Assembly (NCBI RefSeq): GCF_001194135.2
Contig: NC_068983.1
Location: 54,999,634-55,031,720 of the forward strand
From: Octopus bimaculoides
Lineage: Eukaryota
Direction of reading: 5' to 3'
Length of the DNA: 32,087 nucleotides
Every line of letters begins with the position of its first letter. The first letter of the stretch is position 1. The position numbers and the translations under genes were made by a program. Below the pieces are notes generated by a model. The model was not told the origin of the DNA. It did no database searches and worked only from the letters and a program-made list of their open reading frames with translations. Shown here in pieces: positions 1 through 9,954 of the stretch.

Positions 1-1
1 A

Positions 2-320
2 AAACTTTCAAAATACAAAGACCTGGAAATAGAGATAACTCGAATGTGGAATCTAAAAACAGAAACAATTCCTATCATAGTAGGTGCCTTAGGTATAATA
101 AAAGAATATTCAGACAAATACATAACAAAAACACCAGGACTTACAAATATATATAACATACAGAAAATTGCACTACTGGGTACTGCACACATTCTACACA
201 AAACACTTTCAATACAGTAAACATGAGAGCACCACAGCAAACCACAGCACATACCCAAGGTGCACAGAGCTGCGCTCGGTAGTGAAGTGAAAGCACGTTA
301 TAAAAATAAAACTACTGAAC
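2..320 (+). mobile_element. 3' end of an RLE-type non-LTR retrotransposon (R4/Dong-like): ORF C-terminus 2-220 plus 3' UTR
   Basis: Open frame KLSKYKDLEIEITRMWNLKTETIPIIVGALGIIKEYSDKYITKTPGLTNIYNIQKIALLGTAHILHKTLSIQ*. It matches the 'K..KY.DL..E....W......PI.VGALG......Q..A.LGTA.IL' restriction-like endonuclease tail. A ~100-nt UTR and (AAT)n follow. Confidence 0.85.
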
Positions 321-360
<40 letters not shown>

Positions 361-805
361 CGGAAGGAGATCGATTACTCAATGTTAAGCAAAGTTTGAG
401 TGATTTGCTGAAAATTTCATTGTGAATATTAATACTTTCACTGACAAGCTAAAGATGTTATATTTTTTTCTGATTTACTGCTCACTATTTCATGAAGTAT
501 CTATTTATATTGCAGTTATAAAATGCACGGAAGGTAGATGAATTACATGTGTGAGATTATAGTTTGTTTATGTATATGCTTACGTTTTGTGCATATGTCT
601 ATGTTTGTATGCGTCAGGTTATGTAAAAACAGTGAAGAATAAAAATTGTGTTTAATTTTCATCATGAATAAATATGCTGGATTCTCCATTTTAGACAAGT
701 GGTATATTAAAAAAATCCATTGTCAGTATGGTTTTTCTTCATATGTTAAATTTGTGTGAGATTCTATTTCAGTTTTATAATTAAATTCTTTTTTTTTTTC
801 TGCAG

Positions 806-853
806 ATTCTCAACATTCCAAATGACTATGCAGATTGCAGGTTTGACGCATCT
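806..853 (+). CDS. PDE11: PDE11-like phosphodiesterase, internal exon a (GAF-B part: ILNIPNDYADCRFDAS)
   Basis: Polypyrimidine tract plus TGCAG acceptor at 804-805 and GTAAGT donor at 854. The 48-nt exon is phase 0/0 and resembles the GAF 'NI.DAY.D.RF' motif. It joins exon b in frame to give RFDAS-SDEDVGFKTRSILCMP. Confidence 0.85.
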
Positions 854-990
854 GTAAGTGCTTATATTTACATAAATTATCATTTAATGTCTCCCTTCCA
901 TGCTGGTATGGGTTGGACAGACATTAAACAAAAATGATTTATACATAAATACTTACATGTATATGTTTATATCTATATCTGTCTACATGT

Positions 991-1037
<47 letters not shown>

Positions 1038-1078
1038 CAAACTTTATGGATAAAAGAAAGAAAATATATATTTTATGT

Positions 1079-1315
1079 TTTACTTTTCACTTGTTCTAGT
1101 GATTAGATTCCAGTCATGTTGGGGCACTATCTTGAAGAATTTGAGCCAAATGAATCGATCCCACTACTAATATTTTAGCTATAGATATATATGATAGGCT
1201 TCTTTCTGTTTCTATTTATCAAATCCACTCACAAAGCTTTGTTCAACCCAAGGTGCCATACAATGGGACTGAACCTGGAGACATGTGGTTATTATCATGT
1301 AGCCATGCTTGTCTC
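1079..1315 (-). mobile_element. SINE family A, degenerate and internally deleted
   Basis: Shares CATGTTGGGGCACT, AAATCCACTCACAAAGCTTTG and GGGACTGAACC blocks with the other copies. Confidence 0.6.
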
Positions 1316-1520
1316 TATAACCAAACCTTTGACAGATATCAGGATAAACTATTCTACTAATGTCCGATGTAACATGGTGTTATTCATGTGCAGTGTTTGT
1401 CATGATAAATAACAGACTTTGAATAAAAAGTATGAAATAAATGTCAAGATTTTTAGAATGAGTTTACAGCAGATATGACATTCAAATCCCACAAGTGATG
1501 TTAGAGTTCTTCCTATCTTC

Positions 1521-1565
<45 letters not shown>

Positions 1566-1889
1566 TCACGCAATATATATATATATATGTAATATGCCAG
1601 CATAGAGAATGGACATTAATCCTTAGGAGATGATAAGGCTGATCTGTCAGCTGAAAAGACAAATGATGAAGAAGATTGTATTAGTTCATTCAATTTCCTA
1701 CTAGAATCTCTATAGCTTATATGTAAAGTAATTACTTTATTTTTTGTCATTTTCATTAAAAAATAAGTGCATACCCTCTACAGGGCTTGTAAAAAGGGGC
1801 TCCATCTTCTTGGCACTGAAGTACCAAATGAGGCTTCACCTCTAAGGGGTTAAACGATGATGGTGATAATGTTGATGATCATAAACACA

Positions 1890-2085
1890 AACATAGCTGT
1901 TTGGTTAAGAAGTTCATTTGTCAATCATCTGGATTGAGGTTCAGTTTCACTGTGTGGTACTTTGGGCAATTATTTTTACTATAGTCCTGAGTAGACAATT
2001 GCCTTGTGTGCAAATTTGGAATTTAGTAGAAGGAAACTGAAAGAAATCTTGTTGTATGTGTATGAGCATGTGTGTATATTTGTGT
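1890..2085 (+). mobile_element. SINE family A 5' half, old
   Basis: GGTTAAGAAG..GGTTCAGTTTCACTG..TTTGGGCAA..ACTATAG..GGAAACTGAAAGAA followed by (TG)n. Confidence 0.6.
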
Positions 2086-2589
2086 GAATGCTTACAGGAC
2101 TATGTTGAACTACAGGTAAAAAGTGTAGTATCACTATTTTCAGCTCATCTACAAATAGCGATGTCCTCACACGTGTTTTGCCTGCAACTGGTGAAGTTTA
2201 TTCACATTTCCTATCAACAAAATCATTTGCTATCTCCGTGCTTTTGATTTCCTCAGGAATAAAAATCCTTTACTGGAGAAACGGATAAGATTTGATGATG
2301 AGAAATGCATCTAACTGTAAAAGTTCTACCTTAAAATTTGCTCCTGTCAAAACCATTCCAGCGTGGGAAAAATAGATGTTAAAACAAAATAAATAATTGA
2401 ACAACTTTTGATACTGTGTGGACTGCAATTCCCAATGAAAAGCTGCTACTATGGTTTAAGTCTTCTAATTGTGATGTCATTTTGGTGTAGTACTCAACAG
2501 AGCTATACAGTTTACGGCAGATAATATTTGAATCATGCAGGCAGTGTGACACCATGTTTTGCAGCTTCTGTTATATATTAGTCCTTAAA

Positions 2590-2790
2590 GCAAGGCGGCA
2601 AGCTGGAAGGATTGTTAGCACCATTTCGTCTATCTTTACATTCTGAGTTGAAATACCACCAAAGTCTACTTTGTCTTTCATCTTTTCTGGTTCAATGAAT
2701 CAAATACTAGTTGAACACAATGGGGCAAAATAATTGACTAGTCCCCGTCCACAAAATTTCGGGCCTTGTGCCTATCTAAAGTCTATTGGT
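2590..2790 (+). mobile_element. SINE family C, old copy
   Basis: GGCAAGCTGG..TTAGCAC..TTCTGAGTTGAAAT..TTTCATCTTTTC..GGGCCTTGTGCCTA. Confidence 0.65.
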
Positions 2791-2986
2791 CCCTAAAACC
2801 AATATCAGTGGTTCTTAACCATTTTTTTTTTACCTATGGATCCCTTTGATCCCTATTTTGATCGGATGGACCCTCACGGCCATTCCATTTGTAAAAAATC
2901 CAATTTTTATAATTAGATATTATTAGGAATTGTATAAAAATAATTGTTAAAATATTTTGTGTATTATAGATGCATAACCAATTTAT

Positions 2987-3279
2987 ATTATTTACATTTG
3001 ATGGATATGGCATAGTGGTTAAGAGCATGGGCTACTAACCCCAAGATTCCGAGTTCGATTCCAGGCAGTGACCTGAATAATAATAATAATAAAAATAATA
3101 ATAACATTGAAAAATGCCTTAGGAATGAGAACCCAGGTTCGAAATTTCTCCAATACACCTGATGAAGGCTGAAGGGTATATCAGCCGAAACGTTGTGTTA
3201 ACAACAAACAAGATGAGGACAAATATCTGTCAAATGTAAATAATGTATATAATTCCGCATCTCTTAAATATAGAACTAT
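2987..3279 (+). mobile_element. tRNA-derived SINE 'family D' containing a hammerhead-like motif, copy 1
   Basis: tRNA-like head at 3009-3074 (A box TAGTGGTTAAG, B box GAGTTCGATTCC), then (AAT)n, a body ~85% like 20556-20807, and CTGATGA...GAAAC. Flanked by a 13-bp direct duplication (2974-2986 / 3280-3292, one mismatch). Confidence 0.85.
3155..3198 (+). ncRNA. Minimal type I hammerhead ribozyme motif (Penelope-type, no helix III loop)
   Basis: Stem I ACAC/GTGT, core CTGATGA plus one extra A, perfect 6-bp stem II GGCTGA/TCAGCC, then GAAA, palindromic ACGT and a GUU cleavage triplet. This is a fold prediction by eye; activity is untested. Confidence 0.75.
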
Positions 3280-3584
3280 ATAACCAAATTATTGCAGAGA
3301 AATTTTAACAACAAAATCTTAAATGGAGCCCCAAGGGCCATATAGATCCCTATTGCATTAGATCCCTACTGCATTAGTGTAGACAATTTGAGACTTCAAA
3401 ATTGCTTTCTTCTATCTCAAATGTTTAATATCATTTACATTAAAATCTTAACAGCCAATTGTAGAATCTTCATGTTGCATGTTGAAATTTCAATTATAAA
3501 TTTAGAAAAGCGATGTTTCTTTTGTATAAGCAATTTGAATTTTTACCTTTTCTTTAACTTTTTTTGATTTGATTTTTTTTGCAG

Positions 3585-3728
3585 AGTGATGAAGATGTTG
3601 GTTTCAAAACACGGTCTATTTTATGCATGCCTATAAAAAATGCAAGTGGGCAGATTATTGGTGTTAGTCAACTTATCAATAAATCAGACCGGACTCCATT
3701 TAACAAGAATGATGAGCATTTCTTTGAG
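3585..3728 (+). CDS. PDE11: PDE11-like phosphodiesterase, exon b (GAF-B: SDEDVGFKTRSILCMPIKNASGQIIGVSQLINKSDRTPFNKNDEHFFE)
   Basis: T-tract plus GCAG acceptor and GTAATT donor at 3729; 144 nt. Carries the GAF signature 'TRSILCMPI....IIGV.QLINK....F...D...FE' of the PDE5/6/11 families. Confidence 0.95.
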
Positions 3729-4354
3729 GTAATTAGGTTTTCTTTCACTTTCTCTATAATCTCTCTCTCTCCCTCACTCTCTTTCTCTCTCTTTCTATAT
3801 ATATATGTGTGTGGGTGTGTGTTACTTTTCCATTAAGTTAAGATCAACAAAAAAAAGTACTCTATCCGTTGAGAGATAAATGTTGTTTAATGTACACAGT
3901 ACATAGTTATGAGCTACTAATAGTTTCATACAGTGGAGATGATGTCTAGGTAGGGTCTAATAACACACCTAATGTCGCCAAGCAATCTACTGGCTCTGAG
4001 CCCATGGCCTATACAAGAGGAATCATGAGAAAAAACAGGAGGAAAATGGCTGCATAAGCAAAAAGGTGAAAAGAATGAAAAAAGAAAGGAATAAAAGAAA
4101 GAATATGAGAGTTATGTCCCTTTTGACCATAAAGTCATAAAGCTAGTTGGTATAGAACTAACAGAAGGGGTCTAAAGTTTGTGATAAAGCTGCTCAATCT
4201 GTAGAGGGTGATATTCCCTAGTTTGTCAAAAGAAATTTGTCCATATGTTTGCATTTGCTGGACATTTCTGATCGGGAATTTAGATCATATTTTATTTGTC
4301 CCCCCATCAATAGCAAATGAATAAATATATATATATATATAACAACCAAGAACT

Positions 4355-4475
4355 TAGAACACACTAAACCGTACTCTCTGATAATTCCATCAATCCATTA
4401 TTCTGGATTGGTACTTAATTTTATTTACCTGAAAGGTTGGAAGCAAAGTTGGCATCAACAGGATTGGAACTTAGG
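4355..4475 (-). mobile_element. SINE family C central fragment
   Basis: TGGTACTTAATTTT..GAAAGGTTGGAAGCAAAGTTGGC..GGATTGGAACT. Confidence 0.5.
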
Positions 4476-4484
4476 ACTTAGAGA

Positions 4485-4825
4485 GGTAGGTGCATTTTAG
4501 CACTGGTGATGGGACCATGTAAAAAATATGGTATTGGTGTCGCATAGAAATTACTGGTGCTGGTGTCACATAAAAACTGCTGGTGATGGTGCCAAGTAAA
4601 AAGCATTGGTAATGGTACCATGTAAAAAGCACAGGTGATGGTGCTGGTCTTATGTAACAAGTACCTAGTACACTCTGTAAAGTGGTTGGTATTAGAAAGG
4701 GCATCCGGCTCTTGAAACCAAGCCAAAACAGACTATAGAACCTGATGTGGCCCCTGGCTTTGGCTGCTTCTGTCAAGCCTTCCAACCCATACCAGCATGG
4801 AAAACAGCTGTTAAATGATGACGAC

Positions 4826-4858
<33 letters not shown>
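4485..4858 (+). mobile_element. Repeat family B (internal ~26-32-bp minisatellite, GTTGG..GAAGGGCATCC block, CCAACCCATNCCAGCATGG hairpin, (GAT)n tail)
   Basis: Colinear with the copies listed below. A SINE or non-autonomous RTE-like origin is inferred from the tail and the AAGGGCATCC block. Confidence 0.75.
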
Positions 4859-5126
4859 GAAACTATTAGAGAATTGTTTAGAATCTATAATTTTCTTCAT
4901 CATCATTATTTTAATATCCACTTTTTCATGCTTGCATAGGTTAGATGGAATTAGTTAATATAAGTTTGCTGTGTCTGGACGCTTTTCCTGTGGCCAACCC
5001 ATACCTGTTTCCAAGTAAGGTCATTTTTGCGCATGGCCATACACGTTTTACGTGGAAATGAATAGCACTGTTTGTATGAGAGTGGTGCTTCTTTGCAAAC
5101 ATCACATGATCTCAAAACATACAAGG

Positions 5127-5167
<41 letters not shown>

Positions 5168-5446
5168 TATATGGTAATGGTAAGATGAGTGCATGATATA
5201 AGCTTAAATAATAAGTTACAAAGATTAAACAGAATGACTAGGGGATGATTGCAAAATTCACACACGAGACACAGACATGCTTTTTCTTTGTCAGTTATTG
5301 TCTAAATAAATCAGGAGTGAAATTGTAATGATTTTTCTGGGATAATACTGATGAGGAAAGAGCGTATCTGTGTCTTGTGTGTGAATTTTTCTTTCATTCT
5401 TTTGTTGTGCTTCTGTTTAAGTTTTGGAACTTATTATTTCCATACA

Positions 5447-5672
5447 TAAGGTGGCGAGCTGGCAGAATCATTAGCATGCCAGGTGAAATGCTTAGTCGTA
5501 TTTCGTCTGCTGCTACACTCTGAGTTCAATTCTGCGAAGGTTGGCTTTGCTTTTCATCCTTTCAGGGTCGATAAATTAAGTACCAGTGAAAGATTGGGGT
5601 CGATGCAATCAACTAGTTCCCAACCCCATTATTTCAAGGCCTTGTTCCTTCAGTAGAAAGGATTATTATTTA
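5447..5672 (+). mobile_element. SINE family C (GGCGAGCTGGCAGAA head, CTTTCATCCTTTC.GGGTCGATAAA central block, (ATT)n tail)
   Basis: Colinear with 2590-2790, 11453-11690 and the 21.8-22.8 kb cluster. Confidence 0.8.
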
Positions 5673-5679
5673 CATGCAT

Positions 5680-6045
5680 AGCTTGCTTACTGACCACATG
5701 GTTCTGGGTTCAGTCCCACTGCATGGCACCTTGGGCAAGTGTCTTCTACTATAGTCTCGGGCCGACCAAAGCCTTGTGAGTGGATCTGATAGACAGAAAC
5801 AGAAAGAAGCATGTCATATGTGTGTGTGTGTGTGTATGTTTGTGTCTGTTTGTGACCCCACCATCGCTTGGCAACTGATGTTGGTGTGTTTACATCCCTG
5901 TAACTTAGCTGTTTGGAAAAAAGTGACTGATAGAATAAATACTAAGCTTACAAAGAATAAGTCCTGGGGTTGATTTTTTTCAACTAAAAGTGGTGCTCCA
6001 GCATGGCCACAGTGAAATGTCCAAAACAAATAAAAGAATAAAAGA
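5680..6045 (+). mobile_element. SINE family A (tRNA-like head, CORE-like CCTTGGGCAAGTG segment, (TG)n, tail ending AAAGAATAAAAGA)
   Basis: Colinear with many other copies in the window. Confidence 0.8.
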
Positions 6046-6059
6046 AAAGCATGATGGTG

Positions 6060-6260
6060 TTCTTTCTATTTCTGCCTACCAAATGCATTCATAAGGCTTC
6101 TCTTGCCCCTGAGGTATAGAAGAAAACACTTGCCCAAGGTGCAGTTGGGTTGGCCCTAAGCTATGATAGACGACCCTTGCTCACAGTGCTGTGCAATGAG
6201 AGTTAATCTGAAACTACATGGTTGGAAAGCAAACTTCTTAACCATACATCCAGACCTGCA
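6060..6260 (-). mobile_element. SINE family A 5' half
   Basis: TTCTTTCTATTTCTGCCTACCAAAT..AACACTTGCCCAAGGTG..TGGTTGGAAAGCAAACTTCTTAACCA. Confidence 0.65.
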
Positions 6261-6647
6261 TTTCGTTCTGCTGTTCATCTGGTTTTCTCGTTTGGATCTT
6301 ATTGAATTCAACTTTGCTGTTTATCCCTCTGGGTGATTGATCACATAAATGTCAGTAAGACACAACTGTCAGTTCATTCGTCCATATTCTTCAGTTACAA
6401 AACCTTGCATTGTGATTCATAAAAATAAAAGAAAAAATCTATTTTTGGAATGGCATGGGAAGATGACTAAGCTATTGATTTCTTACTTTGGCACCAAAAG
6501 ACACAGATCTGCAAGAGAATAACTTAGCGGCATAAGATAAGTTTTTATTGCATTGAAACGGGATGGTTAAGTGATTAAATCAGCTCTGGAAAGAATTAAA
6601 CTTACAAAGTTTCACCGTTTCTTTCTCGACACCACCTCCTTTTGCAT

Positions 6648-6795
6648 CAGTGGCTCTCAACCAGGGTCCAGGTAGCCCCTAGGGATCCATATAAGCTTTT
6701 ACTGTTAAATTTTATCTGGTTATACTTCTACAATACTCAAAATGGTTTAACAATTTTTTAAATACAATTACTAATAATATTTAATTATGAAAATA
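6648..6795. mobile_element. hAT/Charlie-like MITE fragment (opposite end and orientation to 2806-3372)
   Basis: Starts CAGTGGCTCTCAACC. Its reverse complement matches 2905-2980 plus 3280-3350. Confidence 0.55.
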
Positions 6796-6802
6796 TCTTT
6801 TA

Positions 6803-7134
6803 TCTTTTACTTGTTTCAGTCATTAGACTGCGGCCATGCTGGGGCACTGCCTTATGGAATTCTTTTTAGTTGAATGATTTGACCCCAGTACTTTTTTTTT
6901 TATTTAAGCCTGGTACTTATTCTATCAAGCAGTAGTGGGACCAAACACAGACACAAAGACATGCACACACATATATATCCGATGGGCTTCTTTCAGTTTC
7001 CGTCTACCAAATCCACTCATAAGGCTTTGGTAAGCCCGAGGCTTTAGTAGAAGACACTTGCCCAAGGTGCCACGCAGTGGGACTGAACCCAGGACCATGT
7101 GGTTGGGAAGCAAACTTCTTACCATGCAGCCACA
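6803..7134 (-). mobile_element. SINE family A with internal deletion
   Basis: Both tail and head blocks are present; a middle segment after TTATTCTATC is missing. Confidence 0.8.
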
Positions 7135-7638
7135 TATTGACCTATAATAATATAAGATTTTTTTAAACATTAGATATATATATGTGTGTGTGTGTGTGTC
7201 AGTCATTAAGATAGTGCTTTCTGTGGCTATTGAGTTGTTTTAACTCTTATTTCTAGCAATACTGGTGCTAATTAATACCCTTTGTCATTTCAGTGACGTA
7301 TATATTTCTGACTTTATATATATATGTATTACTAATGATAGAAAAATCAGTTAGCAGTAATGGAGGTATATTTTCTTCATATATGTATATATACATACAG
7401 ATATCAAGAAGAGACAATAGAATACTCCTAAGGAGACAATAGAATACTCTTTAAATCCATTTATCAAGGAGTTAAGGAGTATTCTATCATTTCCAGTGCA
7501 AAAATTCAGACTTATTTATATTTCCATGTGTGTGTGTATGATAAAAGAAGAAATGATACCTCCATCTCTTCTGACTTGTTTATCCATCACTTTTAATATA
7601 TATTACTGTACACTGCTTAGAACTTTTACTCTTGTATG

Positions 7639-7693
<55 letters not shown>

Positions 7694-7720
7694 GAATCTA
7701 TGCTTGTTATTTTCTTGTAG

Positions 7721-7864
7721 GCTTTTGCCATCTTCTGTGGTATGGGAATTGATAACACACAGATGTATGAAACAGCAATGAAGGCAATAGCTCGGCAGCA
7801 AGTTTCTCTGGAAGTTCTCTCCTACCATGCTACTGCGTCGGGCGAAGAGGCTGAAAAACTCAAA
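7721..7864 (+). CDS. PDE11: PDE11-like phosphodiesterase, exon c ([48 protein letters not shown])
   Basis: TTTCTTGTAG acceptor and GTAAGC donor at 7865; 144 nt. Encodes the GAF-B C-terminal helix and the 'LEVLSYHA' linker typical of PDE5/11. Confidence 0.95.
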
Positions 7865-8309
7865 GTAAGCATTCCTTTGTTTATTTTCATTGTTGTTTTA
7901 GTGAGCTGTTTAGGCTGGTCTGTTTTCCATTTATTTATCCATGCTTGCTTGAGTGGGATGTCTTTGTGTTGGAACAATCATTGTTGTTGTTTAGATCCTA
8001 ATCTGCTCCTGATGAAGCAGACTTGTGTTTAACCATTTTTGTAACCATATCTCTGTTGAAATATACCGATTTCATTTCAATTAATTTTGGAGATAACGAA
8101 GAATCACTCATTACTTACTCATTATTCAGTTGGTTTGTAGAACATAAACTAACATGGAATTTTGATGAAGATTTAAATTTAGCTTGTTTTTGTCTTGGGA
8201 GGGTCATTATGCCAATAATAATAATAACACACACACACACACTGGCTCAATACCACTTCTTTATTGTTAGTCATTTGGTTAAATATCCAAGCAACTAACT
8301 AATTGATCA

Positions 8310-8580
8310 CCATCGTCATCTAACATCTGTTTCCCAGGCTGGCATGGGTTAAATGGCTTGACAGGTCCTCACAAGTTGGAGAGCTGCCACCAGAAGCCAG
8401 TTGCCTGTCATGGCATGGATTCTATGACTGGATGTCCTTCCTAATGCCAACCACTTTACAGAGTGTACTGGGTGCTTTTATGTGGCACCAACACGAGTGC
8501 TTTATACATAGCACTAGCATAGGTACTTTTTGCATGGTACCTACATGGGCACCTTTTACATAGCACCTGTACCCTTTCTA
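8310..8580 (-). mobile_element. Repeat family B
   Basis: CATC tail, GGCATGGGTT, GGATGTCCTTCCTAATGCCAACCAC and minisatellite units. Confidence 0.75.
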
Positions 8581-8989
8581 AATTTACATTTACTGTGTCC
8601 AAGTCTTCCCCTTCTACTGTTCACAATTTAAATCTGTTGGCTAAATGATCAGAGAAAGCGTAGAGTTATTAAGTCCACTGCCAGCACCTAACACATTTTA
8701 CACAGCATTCATTATTCCCTCTCATTCCATGGCTATACTCTAGTTTGTTGGAGGCCTTCACTGCACAATCTGACATGTTTGTGCAGACATGTATTTATAT
8801 AATAAATTAGTATTTTAGACCAACAAAATCATCCTTGTTCGTCACCATCTCCAACACCGCAGTTCTAACCACAACCATCATCACAGTTAATCATTTAGTG
8901 TCAGGTGTCAACAGAAACGCAATACCAACATTTTCTTCTGCTTAGAATATGTGCTAACAGAGGAGGTCAAAGTGACATACCTGATGTAT

Positions 8990-9710
8990 TCTTTTATTCT
9001 TTTACTTGTCTCAGTCATTTGACTGTGGCCATGCTGGAGTACCGCCTTTAGTCAAACAAATCAACCCCAGGACTTATTCTATTGGTCTGTTTTGCTGGAC
9101 CGTTAAGTTACGTGGATGTAAACACACCTAGCATCGGTTGTCAAGTGATGGTGGGAGGACAAACACAGACACACACAAATATATGCATACACACACATAC
9201 ACCCCCCCCNNNNNNNNNNNNNNNNNNNNNNNNNNNNNNNNNNNNNNNNNNNNNNNNNNNNNNNNNNNNNNNNNNNNNNNNNNNNNNNNNNNNNNNNNNN
9301 NNNNNNNNNNNNNNNNNNNNNNNNNNNNNNNNNNNNNNNNNNNNNNNNNNNNNNNNNNNNNNNNNNNNNNNNNNNNNNNNNNNNNNNNNNNNNNNNNNNN
9401 NNNNNNNNNNNNNNNNNNNNNNNNNNNNNNNNNNNNNNNNNNNNNNNNNNNNNNNNNNNNNNNNNNNNNNNNNNNNNNNNNNNNNNNNNNNNNNNNNNNN
9501 NNNNNNNNNNNNNNNNNNNNNNNNNNNNNNNNNNNNNNNNNNNNNNNNNNNNNNNNNNNNNNNNNNNNNNNNNNNNNNNNNNNNNNNNNNNNNNNNNNNN
9601 NNNNNNNNNNNNNNNNNNNNNNNNNNNNNNNNNNNNNNNNNNNNNNNNNNNNNNNNNACCATGTGGTTGGGAAGCAAGCTTCTTACTACACAGCCACTCC
9701 TGCACCTGGC
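8990..9710 (-). mobile_element. SINE family A spanning an assembly gap
   Basis: Tail and body at 8990-9200; head end at 9658-9710. Confidence 0.65.
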
Positions 9711-9954
9711 ATAACAAAGGAAGACGAAATTATGTTATTAAACTTCATTAACCTACAGCTGTTTCAGCTGTAAGATTGCATCTTATAGCATGAAGTGCTT
9801 CATGTCTGAAGCTCTGGTGAAGCTATAAGGTGACACACAAGCATTCAGTTATGCATTGCATCTTATAGAAGAAACAGCTGTAAGCTAATGGAGTTCATAA
9901 CAATTTATTGTTCTTTTGTCATTACTATTTCTTATTACTGCTCTGTACTCAACT

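Larger units (their letters stand above)
2806..3372. mobile_element. hAT/Charlie-like MITE interrupted by the family D SINE
   Basis: Starts CAGTGGTTCTTAACC, a Charlie-type terminus. The halves on either side of the SINE align with the reverse complement of 6648-6795. The right terminus is degenerate. Confidence 0.55.

Noticed and set aside
3009-3074. Possible tRNA gene (apparent anticodon ACT)
   Set aside because: The acceptor stem does not pair, and the sequence is the head of a repeated element (also at 20556), so it was called a SINE head.
4485-4660. CRISPR-like array of ~30-bp repeats
   Set aside because: The units are contiguous and degenerate with no unique spacers, there are no cas genes, and the context is eukaryotic. 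It is a minisatellite.
8009-8030. CTGATGA matches here and at about 5349, 18036 and 19697
   Set aside because: None has a downstream stem II plus GAAA; these are chance heptamers.
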